From Candidatus Rariloculaceae bacterium (lineage in GTDB: Bacteria > Pseudomonadota > Gammaproteobacteria > Steroidobacterales > Rariloculaceae): a stretch of DNA of 64,000 nt. Position 1 is the first letter of the stretch; each line of letters begins with the position of its first letter. This document shows positions 26,783 to 35,452 of this stretch, piece by piece. The translations under genes and the position numbers were made by a program. Below the pieces are notes generated by a model. That model made no database searches. It was not told the DNA's origin and saw only the letters and a list, made by a program, of their open reading frames with translations. The DNA lies in assembly GCA_965237785.1 (NCBI GenBank), contig OZ250159.1, forward strand, positions 519,989-583,988. Direction: 5' to 3'.

Positions 26783-26918
26783 AGCGGAAGGCAGCGCACG
26801 GAAATCGTGTCGCCCACCTCGACCTTGAGGCGCACCCAGGAGTGCGGATTCTCTGGCATATAGGGATAATCGCCCAAGACGAACCAAATTTCGAGCAAGC
26901 GGTAAGGATCATTGAGCC

Positions 26919-27830
26919 ATGGGCATGACGCCGAGCTACATCGTGCACGATGGATTCCTATTGCCGAAGAGCTTTCCGTGCGAGAATTTTGCGTCGGCGC
27001 TCGAATATCTAGCAGAGCCCGGCGATGTCTTTGTGAGCGCCTACCCGAAGTGCGGCACCACCTGGACGCAAAACATCGTCCACCTGCTGTTGCATGACGG
27101 CGTACCGCTTGGCGCCGGGGACAAGCTAACCGAATTGTTTCCGCACCTCGAGGAGGTAGGCAGGCAATTCGTGGAATCGTTGGCCCCTCCCCGATGCATC
27201 AAGACTCACCTGCCGTTCGCGATGACTCCGTACCACGCGGATGCAAGGTACATCTACGTCGCTCGGAACCCTTTCGATTGCGCGGTATCTTTCTTCCACC
27301 ATACCCGAGGTTTTCCCAAGCACTACGATTTCGCCGCGGGCACATTCCCGGATTTCTTCGAGTGTTTCCTGGCCGGGGAGGTGGACTTCGGCGACTACTT
27401 CGACAACCTCACCTCGTGGTACGCGCGTCGGAACGACGACAACGTACTGTTCCTGACCTATGAGGCAATGAAGCGCGATGCGCGAGCCTCGATCGCCGAG
27501 ATCGGCACCTTTCTCGGCGTGGCCCCCGCCGTGAATTCACGGCTGTTGGAGTCGGTCCTGGAGCACAGCCGCTTCGACAGCATGCGCAAAAAACAGGGCC
27601 GGTGGTCGAGTCGGCGGCCGGAAGGCATGCCGACGTTCATCCGTCGCGGCGTCGTTGGGGACTGGTCGAATCATTTTACGGCTGCGCACGCGGGTCGACT
27701 GCTGGAGAAGTTTCGCAACAGAGCCAGGGGAACGGATTTGGAGTCGCTATGGCCTGATATCCTCGATCAAGCCCGAGTATTTCAAAAGGAGAGGTCAATT
27801 CATGGATACGGCAACGCAGATCGAACTTGA
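26919..27830 (+). CDS. PAPS-dependent sulfotransferase (cytosolic SULT-type, Sulfotransfer_1-like)
   Basis: The 5'-PSB loop is YPKCGTTWTQNIV, the catalytic His context is IKTHLPF, and the 3'-PB motif is FIRRGVVGDWSNHFT. Confidence 0.85.
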   Translation: MGMTPSYIVHDGFLLPKSFPCENFASALEYLAEPGDVFVSAYPKCGTTWTQNIVHLLLHDGVPLGAGDKLTELFPHLEEVGRQFVESLAPPRCIKTHLPFAMTPYHADARYIYVARNPFDCAVSFFHHTRGFPKHYDFAAGTFPDFFECFLAGEVDFGDYFDNLTSWYARRNDDNVLFLTYEAMKRDARASIAEIGTFLGVAPAVNSRLLESVLEHSRFDSMRKKQGRWSSRRPEGMPTFIRRGVVGDWSNHFTAAHAGRLLEKFRNRARGTDLESLWPDILDQARVFQKERSIHGYGNADRT

Positions 27831-28092
27831 TGCCGCCGTGCTTCGTCGGCTACTTCGGCATCTCGACGAACACAAGGACGTGCAGAATATCGAGCTGATG
27901 ATTTTGGCTAAATTCTGCCGCAACTGCCTGAGCAAATGGTATGTGCAAGCCGCCACCGAGCGCGGAGTAGAGGTGGATATAGAGGAGGCCCGTGAGCGCA
28001 TCTACGGTATGCGCTACGACCAGTGGAAGCGCGACCATCAGCCGCCCGCCACTGAGGATCAACTAAGGCGCTTCAAGGCGATACAGTCATGA
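27802..28092 (+). CDS. DUF1244-family small protein
   Basis: ATG at 27802 is preceded by aaaggagag. MDTATQIELDAAVLRRLLRHLDEHKDVQNIELMILAKFCRNCLSKWY...YGMRYDQWKRDHQ matches my recollection of DUF1244 proteins. It overlaps the sulfotransferase 3' end by 29 nt. Confidence 0.75.
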   Translation: MDTATQIELDAAVLRRLLRHLDEHKDVQNIELMILAKFCRNCLSKWYVQAATERGVEVDIEEARERIYGMRYDQWKRDHQPPATEDQLRRFKAIQS

Positions 28093-28395
28093 ACAGCCTA
28101 CCTATCGGCAGGCTCGACGGATTCGCCGGTGTAGAACTCGGTTGTGCGCCTTGCCGTCTCGATAATCAGAAGCTCCATTTTTCCAACTGGTTGATGTCGG
28201 GTCCCCATAAATTCACACTATTCGGGAGCCGTCTCAACCGCAAAACGATCCTGCGTTAGCAAACACTGCTAATAAGAATGTACCGTCGGCATCGGCGCAG
28301 TGCTCTCACCGGAGCAAGGCATGAATTGGCGAGTGGCAGACACTCCTGACAAATTACTTCGCATCGCACGGCCTCGGGACAGGTCAGCTACGCCG

Positions 28396-30094
28396 TCAGC
28401 GCCAATTCTGCTCCCACTCCTCGACGAGTTCGGCGGTCAACTCGGGCATTTGCTCCGCCAGATCATTGCGCTCGCCCGGGTCTTCCTCGATGTTGTACAG
28501 TCGCCAGGGGGTGGTTCCCATGCCGCCTACCGCCGGTGTATTGATGATCTTGTAGTCGCCGCGGATCAACGCACCGCCGCCTCGCCCCGACCAACCGACC
28601 GTATCGGCCGGGCGTGTGGACTGCGTCCGTTGCCCCTGTCAGGTGCGGCCAGAACGAGCGCCCCAGGATGCCCTGGATTTCCCGTCCCCGGTAGCTTCCG
28701 GCGCCCGGGTGCTCGCTACCCGCGATATCGACAAACGTCGGCAGGATATCCAGCATGCTCATGAAGGCGCCATTGACCTGCCCGCCCTGGACGGCCGCGG
28801 GGTAGTGGACGAAAGCCACAGCCCGGAGCCCCCCCTCGCTGAATGTTCCCTTGTGTCCCTGCAGCGGTGCGGTGGCCGCCTCGGCAAAGCCGCGGCCGTG
28901 GTCGACGAAGGAATTAGGGCGGCCCCAATTCTCGAACCGGTTGTCGATGTAATCCGGAGGCGCAGGCCGAACGTTCGGAGAATGCGGTTCGACACCGTGC
29001 GCACCCGCCGAGGCGCCGTGATCGGAGGTGAATACGATGACGGTGTTCTCAAGTTGCCCGCTTTCCTCCAGGTATTCGATCAGACGACCGACGTTGACGT
29101 CCAGGTTTTCCACCATGGCCGCGTACAACTCCTGGGCACGGGCGTAGTTTCGCTGTTGCTCGGCGGACAACTCGTCCCAGTGTGGAGCGACCGGCTCGAA
29201 ATCGACCAGTTCCGCGCCCTCAGGCACGACACCCAACTCGGTGGCTCGCGCCACCCGGGCTGCTCGCAACACGTCGTAGCCTTCGTCGTAGCGGCCGGCA
29301 TATCGGTCCAGCCAATCCTCGGGCACCTGCAGCGGCCAATGGGGCGCGGTGACCGGCACATAGCCGAACCACGGCTGCTCGCCGGAATCGATGAATTCGA
29401 TCATCCTGTCGGTGTAGTAGTCGGTGGAATAAAAGTCTGCCGGCAGGTCCTCATATTCGACGGTTTCTCCGTCCAATCGATAGAGGCTGTAGTCGTCCCA
29501 CAGAATTTCGGGAAAATGACTCGCCGAGGCGCCGATTTGTACGAAGGAACGATCGAATCCCCGGGTAGCGGGTGTATAGCCTGCCTCGAGACCGAGGTCC
29601 CACTTCCCGGCCATGTGCGTCGCATAGCCTGCATCCTGGAGAAGCTCGGGCACGATCGCCCAGTTCAGGCTCAGCCGATTGGCACGTTCACCGCTGGGGT
29701 GGGGTGTGCGTATTTCCAGCGCACCGGATACGCCGGTACTGGCCATCATCATCACCCGGGTCTGCTGACAAGCGCTATTGGTGTGGAAATTGGTCAAGCG
29801 CACGCCCGCGAAGGCCAACTCATCGAGATGCGGCGTGGGAATTTCACTGCCGAAGGCGCCGATATCCGTATAGCCAAGATCGTCGGCGACGATGTAGAGA
29901 ATATTCGGCCGCTGCTCGGCAGTCGGTTGCGCCGCCGGTTCAGAAGCCGGTTCAGCAGCCGGTTGCGCCGCCGGTTCAGCAACCGGTTCCGCAGTCGCTT
30001 CGGCGGCCGGTTCCGCCGATTGTTCCATGTCCTGGGAGCAGCCGGCCATCGCTCCGAAAACGCTCAATATCGCGATCCTTGTCCAGAACTTCAT
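28396..30094 (-). pseudogene. Arylsulfatase-family lipoprotein with non-canonical active-site motifs and a +1 frameshift near 28606-28612
   Basis: The lipobox is SVFGAMAGC, followed by an (A/E)P-rich linker. The sulfatase core is NILYIVADDLGYTDIGAFG...FHTNSACQQTRVMMMAS...GKWDLG...VFTSDHGA. After ...AVHTP the track ORF turns Arg-rich. The conserved C-terminus ADTVGWSGRGGGALIRGDYKIINTP...WRLYNIEEDPGERNDLAEQMPELTAELVEEWEQNWR reads in the adjacent frame, ending at 28396. Confidence 0.8.
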
Positions 30095-30105
30095 TTCCGC
30101 TGTCC

Positions 30106-30858
30106 TCAGTCGATGTTGCTTTCGTCCCGGTACATGACCCGGTGGCGCTGCGTCCGCACCCAGTCGTCGATCTGTTCATTGGTCCAATAGTGCGACGGGT
30201 CGAACCGGTCCCAGTTGACGATTTCGTCCAATTTCTTTTTCCAGCGCTTGTACGGCGATTTCTTGGGCGGCCCGAAGCACATGATGTCCAGCACGGACAA
30301 GTCTTCGGGGATACCCAGCAGCGGCTTCATGGCCTCCTGCGCCTCTTGTTGACCGATGGCGGTGATCCACCAGACGTTATAACCCAACGCGGCGGCGGCC
30401 AGGTGCGCCGACATGGTGGACGCGGCCACGCTCTGCAACAGGATTCGCTCCGCGTTTTCCTTGTACATGGCGTTGAGCTTGGAATCGTCGTCCCGGAGAA
30501 CAGGGAACGCCTGAACCCACCGGAAGTCGGACGCGACCACGATGACGCCTGGCGCGGTGCCGATTCCCCGGTAATCGGGTGTCGGGAATTTCATCTTGAG
30601 TTTTGCCCGCCGGCGCTGCTCCGCGACAAAATACTCGGCGATCCGGAGTTTGGTTTGAGGTTCGGTGACGACGATGTAGTGCCAGGGCTGCGCGTTGGCG
30701 CCGGAGGGCCCATGACGGGCGGCCTCCAGGATCAATTCGTAGTGCTCCCTCGGAACCTGGTAGTCAGCGTTAAATGCGCGCACCGTCATACGCGTTCTGA
30801 CTACTTCCATCAGGGCGTCGTAGCGGTCGCGGTGAATCGGAAATTCTGTCTCGCTCAT
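30106..30858 (-). CDS. Nitroreductase-family flavoprotein
   Basis: The likely start is the ATG at 30858 (MSETEFPIH). RTRMTVRAFNADYQVPREHYELILEAARHGPSGANAQPWHYIVV is the typical nitroreductase N-terminal signature. Confidence 0.8.
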   Translation of the reverse strand: MSETEFPIHRDRYDALMEVVRTRMTVRAFNADYQVPREHYELILEAARHGPSGANAQPWHYIVVTEPQTKLRIAEYFVAEQRRRAKLKMKFPTPDYRGIGTAPGVIVVASDFRWVQAFPVLRDDDSKLNAMYKENAERILLQSVAASTMSAHLAAAALGYNVWWITAIGQQEAQEAMKPLLGIPEDLSVLDIMCFGPPKKSPYKRWKKKLDEIVNWDRFDPSHYWTNEQIDDWVRTQRHRVMYRDESNID

Positions 30859-31536
30859 GGAATCATCGGCTCCGAAAGGCGGCCAAAAACAGCGGTTGAA
30901 ATTTCCATCCGTAGGCGCACCGTGGACGCGTTCAGCGCAAGGATAGCGTATTTTGGGATCGGGACCTCGCCGGAATTCGGTCAACCCTCCTGAGCACGGG
31001 CCGGCGGGCTACCTGTCGTCGGCTTCGGTGAACGTGAAATCGGTGTACTCCGTGCTGCCGTCTTCGGTCTTGTAGACGTCGTTGTTGCGGTTCTCTCCGC
31101 AGTGCCAGTAGCGCATGCGCAGCACATTGTCCGGATTCGGTACCAGCGTTTTCCAATGAGATTATGAGCCTGAACGGCGGGGGGTGTGGTGGTGAGTCGG
31201 CCTCCGGTTGCAACAGCAGGGCGCCGCCCGACTCACGGGTCCAGAGCCCCGACCAATCCGGCAGTTGCCCGATCGGCGGTTTCCGCCGTGCTGGTCGATG
31301 CGCAGCAGGTATCGCCCCGTCGCCGGCACCGCCATCACATGAAAAAACCGCCCTAGCACACCGCAAACCAAGCGTCCCGGGCTGGATTGCCGCGGATAGC
31401 ATTCGAAAATCGAGAGAGTCATTCATCGGCACGGCGCGTGCCTTCAGCGGTTGAAGTACCTTGGGTTGTCGACCACGATGGGGAGGTTTTTCTCGCGCAG
31501 TTGCGGTGTCCATCCGATGAAGCGGTCGCGGCGTCC

Positions 31537-32343
31537 CTACTTCCGCCCCCAGCACTGAACGAATCTCGGCGTCCCCATGGTCGTGCGCGGATCGTCCATG
31601 TGCGCGACGATCTTCGCGAGCAGCGCGTCGATCTCCGCCCGGTCGGCCAGATCCAGGGCGATTACCCACTCAGCCCGCTCACCGGTGAGCGCCATCAGGG
31701 TCCACCGCTTGAACTCCCCCGCGAACGCCATGTGCTGAAATAGGCTCATCTCGACACCGCTGAGCCCCGCGTCCAGAAACAGTACTGGCAGCCTGATGCC
31801 GATATCCGGAAGGCCCCCGGCCTGTCGCCGCAACTCGCTCATGATCTCCAGCGCTCGATCGAAGGCCGGTAGCTCGGGGTAGCAGTACCAACCGGTGTAG
31901 TCGGTGCACTCGGCGATCAGGACACCTCCCGGCCGCAGGTGGCTGCTCATTGTGGCGATTACCCTGTCTGGGTTCGCGAGGTGGTCGAGAACGAACCGCG
32001 AGTAGACCAGGTCGAACCGCGGCTGGAGGCTGCTCATGGTACGAAGGTCGGCAACCCGGAACTCCGTGTTCGGCAACCCGAGCCGCGTGGCTTCTTTCCG
32101 GGCCTCCTCGACGCGCACCTCGTCGATGTCCACGCCAACGACCGTCCCCTCTGGGCCAACCCGCCGCGCGAGCTCGAATGCAACGTCGCCAGTACCAAAG
32201 CCAACATCGAGACAGGCAATGCCGGGCTCGACACCAACTCGGTCAAGTAGTGTGAGCGTTGACGGGCGGAGCAGCTTCGCGAGATCCTCCAGGCGCGCCC
32301 TGTCCACGGTGCCTTCGCCGATCGTGTAGACGTCGAGTTGCAT
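31537..32343 (-). CDS. Class I SAM-dependent methyltransferase
   Basis: Motif I is CLDVGFGTGDVAFELA and post-I is VVGVDIDE. 268 aa. Confidence 0.85.
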   Translation of the reverse strand: MQLDVYTIGEGTVDRARLEDLAKLLRPSTLTLLDRVGVEPGIACLDVGFGTGDVAFELARRVGPEGTVVGVDIDEVRVEEARKEATRLGLPNTEFRVADLRTMSSLQPRFDLVYSRFVLDHLANPDRVIATMSSHLRPGGVLIAECTDYTGWYCYPELPAFDRALEIMSELRRQAGGLPDIGIRLPVLFLDAGLSGVEMSLFQHMAFAGEFKRWTLMALTGERAEWVIALDLADRAEIDALLAKIVAHMDDPRTTMGTPRFVQCWGRK

Positions 32344-32517
32344 TCTCCTAACTCCCTCAGGTTGCGCTATAAGCAGCGCTATAAGCAGCGCTTATCGCAC
32401 ACGCCTACCGCTGACGCACACTCCGTATCATCAACCCCAAAGATGGCTACACCCTAATCAGATTAGTATGTTATGAGCTCGTGCGGATAGAAGGATGAGC
32501 TCCAGGACGTTAAGCGG

Positions 32518-33522
32518 TCAGAATCGTCGGTTGACCGCAAAATTCGCCAGCGTGATCAGGCCTTCCCTGTGGCGGTTGTCCGGTAGCGGGTCGAGCGCCG
32601 CAATCGCCGATTGCGCTTCGGCCCGGGCGCGCTCAGCCGTATACCGCAACCCGCCCGTGGTCTCTATCGCCAGGTGAATGGAGGTCAGATTCCGGGTTCC
32701 GCCGGTTTCGATCGCCTCGCGGATCATGTGACGCTCCGCCGCGCTACCCTGATCCATGGCGTATATCAGCGGCAGCGTCGTCTTTCCCTCGGACAGGTCA
32801 TCGCCTATGTTCTTGCCCAGTTCCTCCGCGGTGGCGTCGTAGTCCAGGGCGTCGTCAACCAGCTGAAATGCAAGGCCCAGGTGTCGCCCGAACTCCACCA
32901 GCGTTCGCTGGGCCGGTTCGTGCCCGGCAAGAATGGCCGCGCACTGCGCGCCGGCCTCAAACAGCTTGGCAGTCTTGCGGAAGATGACCTCGAGGTAGTC
33001 CGCTTCTTCGATGTCCGGATTATTGCAGTTCATGAGCTGCAGCACTTCGCCTTCGGCGATGGTGTTGGTGGCGTTCGCCAGTACGTCGAGAATCCTGATC
33101 TCGCCGACCTCGACCAACATCTGAAACGCCCTTGAATAGAGAAAGTCGCCCACAAGCACGCTGGCCTGATTGCCGAAAACCGCATTCGCGGTCTTTCGCC
33201 CCCGGCGCAGCCCGGATTCATCCACCACGTCATCGTGGAGCAACGTGGCGGTGTGGATAAACTCGATGATGACGGCCACGGGAATGTGTGCCGTGCCGCG
33301 GTACCCGCAGGCGCGCGCCGCCAACAGGACCGTAAGCGGGCGCAAGCGTTTTCCACCGCCGTGAATGATGTAGTGGGCCACCTGGTTGACCAGCGCCACG
33401 TCGCTGCCCAAGCGCTGGAAAATCAGTCGGTTAACCGCCGCCCAGTCGTCCTTGACCAAGGATCTGAGCGCATCGAGAGAGGGGGCGTTTAGGTGGGTTT
33501 CCGCAGCTTGCATCGTGCGCAT
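32518..33522 (-). CDS. ispB: Octaprenyl-diphosphate synthase (polyprenyl synthetase)
   Basis: The Asp-rich motifs are LLHDDVVDESGLRRGR and FQLVDDALDY. It lies divergent from rplU-rpmA, as in many gammaproteobacteria. The start is ambiguous between ATG 33522 and ATG 33513. Confidence 0.93.
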   Translation of the reverse strand: MRTMQAAETHLNAPSLDALRSLVKDDWAAVNRLIFQRLGSDVALVNQVAHYIIHGGGKRLRPLTVLLAARACGYRGTAHIPVAVIIEFIHTATLLHDDVVDESGLRRGRKTANAVFGNQASVLVGDFLYSRAFQMLVEVGEIRILDVLANATNTIAEGEVLQLMNCNNPDIEEADYLEVIFRKTAKLFEAGAQCAAILAGHEPAQRTLVEFGRHLGLAFQLVDDALDYDATAEELGKNIGDDLSEGKTTLPLIYAMDQGSAAERHMIREAIETGGTRNLTSIHLAIETTGGLRYTAERARAEAQSAIAALDPLPDNRHREGLITLANFAVNRRF

Positions 33523-33699
33523 AATGCCCGATACGTGGGCATTTGGCGAGAATTCCGGACCAAGCCGAATCGTTGCTGGCATACTGCCCGCCGACCCCCA
33601 ACCGCTTTTTCAACGGACCCCGGCGTGGCCACCAGCCCAACTACATCACCCGAGTCCCGTTACCGCTGCCGATTCCCTCGCAACGCACGCGTGTAACCG

Positions 33700-34100
33700 A
33701 TGCCGTCCGGCAAACCTCTTGCGCCCTTGACCCATCGGGCCGTTCGCGCGATCGCCTTGCCGGTGATCGTCTCCAACGTCTCGACTCCCCTGATCGGAAT
33801 TGTGGATACCGGGGTTGTCGGGCAGCTACCCGATCCGGCCTATATCGGTGCCATTGCCGTGGGCGGCCGCGGCTCCGCTCCTGGGCGTTCCAGCTTGACG
33901 GCATCTTCATCGGCGCAACCCGCTCCGCCGATATGCGGCGGGCCGGTCTGGTGTCGTTGGCCATTTTCCTTGCGGCCTGGTGGGCTCTGACACCGCTCGG
34001 CAATCATGGCCTATGGGCGTCGCTGTACGTTCACTATGTTGCCCGAACCGGGACGCTACTCTATTTCTATCCGGCGCTGATCCGGGCGGTTCCGGAGTGA
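33700..34100 (+). pseudogene. MATE (DinF-like) efflux gene remnant: about 55 N-terminal codons joined out of frame to about 75 C-terminal codons
   Basis: The N-terminal piece is LTHRAVRAIALPVIVSNVSTPLIGIVDTGVVGQLPDPAYIGAIAVGG (ORF 33700). The C-terminal piece is WAFQLDGIFIGATRSADMRRAGLVSLAIFLAAWWALTPLGNHGLWASLYVHYVARTG (frame of ORF 33543..34100). MATE proteins are normally about 450 aa. Confidence 0.7.
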
Positions 34101-34331
34101 AGGCTCGTCCCGGTTCCCGCCGCTGTCATCTATTGGATTTAACTCGTTCGTAGCCGAATCCACGAATCTCGTTGAGTTTCTGTACTGGCGCTACAGGCGG
34201 GTGAGCCATGTACCATAGCGGCATGGTGTGACCCGACGCTGGAAGGGCATGAAACAAGAAAGGTCTGACGCATGCGGGTCCGGGTCGCTTGCGATACGAT
34301 AGCCGGCAAATCGAATGAAGTCACGAGAACA

Positions 34332-34613
34332 ATGAGCGCGGAACTGGTGGCACTGATCGGCGTTGGCGTCGCGGTGATTGCCGTGGGCGTCAGTCTGGCT
34401 GCCCTGATCGTCAAGGGCTTGAGCGCGGTGCGGGCAGACACGGCGGAACTCCGAGCCGAATTCCGCGCGGAAACAGCCCTATTGCGGGCCGACATGGCCC
34501 AATTGCGGGCGGACATGGCGGATCTGCGCGATCGCATGGCGAGGCTTGAAGGGCTGTTCGAGGGGTTTACCCGGCAAGGCCTGCAATTTAACCCCCCTGC
34601 CGCCGTCCCGTAG
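34332..34613 (+). CDS. Small membrane-anchored coiled-coil protein (hypothetical)
   Basis: ATG at 34332. One TM helix (LVALIGVGVAVIAVGVSLAALIV) is followed by a reiterated LRAxxAxLRADMAxLR heptad-like segment. There is no family assignment. Confidence 0.5.
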   Translation: MSAELVALIGVGVAVIAVGVSLAALIVKGLSAVRADTAELRAEFRAETALLRADMAQLRADMADLRDRMARLEGLFEGFTRQGLQFNPPAAVP

Positions 34614-34743
34614 AGCGGCGCACGCTCAACCCGCCAGGTGAAGCCGCCGCGCAAGCTGCTCATTGACCCGATTCGGCGAACTCACTACAATTCCGCGCGT
34701 TCTCGGCTTCTCAGCGAACCCCGGCCGACAGGAGTCTCCCCAC

Positions 34744-35106
34744 ATGTACGCGGTTTTTCGAACGGGCGGCAAGCAGTATCGCGCGAGCACGGGCGAGCGC
34801 CTGCGCGTCGAGCGGCTGGATGCCGAGGAAGGCGACTCGGTCGAGTTTGACCAGGTGTTGTTGGTGGGTGAGGGGCCCGATGTCAAGGTCGGCTCACCAT
34901 TGGTTGCCGACAGTTTCGTGAAGGCTGTTGTCACTGCCCAGGGCCGCTCCAAAAAGGTGGTGGTGACCAAGTTCAAGCGACGCAAGAATTACAAGCGGAT
35001 CATGGGTCACCGCCAGCACTACACCGAGGTGGAAATCACCTCGATTGGCGGCGCGGTCGATGCCGACAATGACGCGAGCAGCGCCGATGCCGGCGAGAGC
35101 ACCTGA
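34744..35106 (+). CDS. rplU: 50S ribosomal protein L21
   Basis: [25 protein letters not shown]..., ATG at 34744. It carries an acidic C-terminal extension. Confidence 0.97.
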   Translation: MYAVFRTGGKQYRASTGERLRVERLDAEEGDSVEFDQVLLVGEGPDVKVGSPLVADSFVKAVVTAQGRSKKVVVTKFKRRKNYKRIMGHRQHYTEVEITSIGGAVDADNDASSADAGEST

Positions 35107-35124
35107 CCCGGCAGGAGAATAGAT

Positions 35125-35382
35125 ATGGCTCACAAGAAAGCGGGCGGCAGCTCCAAAAACGGCCGCGATTCCGAATCAAAACGGTTGGGCGTGAAGCGCT
35201 ATGCCGGCGAGCGCGTACTTGCCGGCAACATTATCATCCGCCAGCGAGGCACCAAGTTTCATCCTGGCGCCAACGTCGGGCTGGGCAAGGACCACACGAT
35301 CTTCGCGACTGCGCCCGGTTTGGTCAGCTTCCAGACCAAGGGCCCGAAGAACAGAAAATACGTCAACGTAAAGCCGTCGTAA
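35125..35382 (+). CDS. rpmA: 50S ribosomal protein L27
   Basis: [29 protein letters not shown]... Confidence 0.98.
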   Translation: MAHKKAGGSSKNGRDSESKRLGVKRYAGERVLAGNIIIRQRGTKFHPGANVGLGKDHTIFATAPGLVSFQTKGPKNRKYVNVKPS

Positions 35383-35452
35383 CGCAGCCCGCGATCGTGG
35401 CTGCGCCTGGCAGCCGGGGCCGAATCTTCCTCGATCGGCCTGGAAAGAGTCT

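Noticed and set aside
16285-26900. tRNA or tmRNA gene as an island integration site, and direct repeats marking island ends
   Set aside because: Scanning the intergenic stretches by eye found no tRNA-like sequence (no GGTTCGAATCC-type T-arm) and no long direct repeats at 16.3-16.8 kb versus 22.1 or 26.4 kb. A computational scan would be needed to be sure.
31447-31539. Stop-codon (TAG) read-through extension of the methyltransferase
   Set aside because: The in-frame continuation is only 30 codons, and the methyltransferase already has a normal length. A one-in-three chance frame coincidence with a neighbouring gene remnant is more economical.
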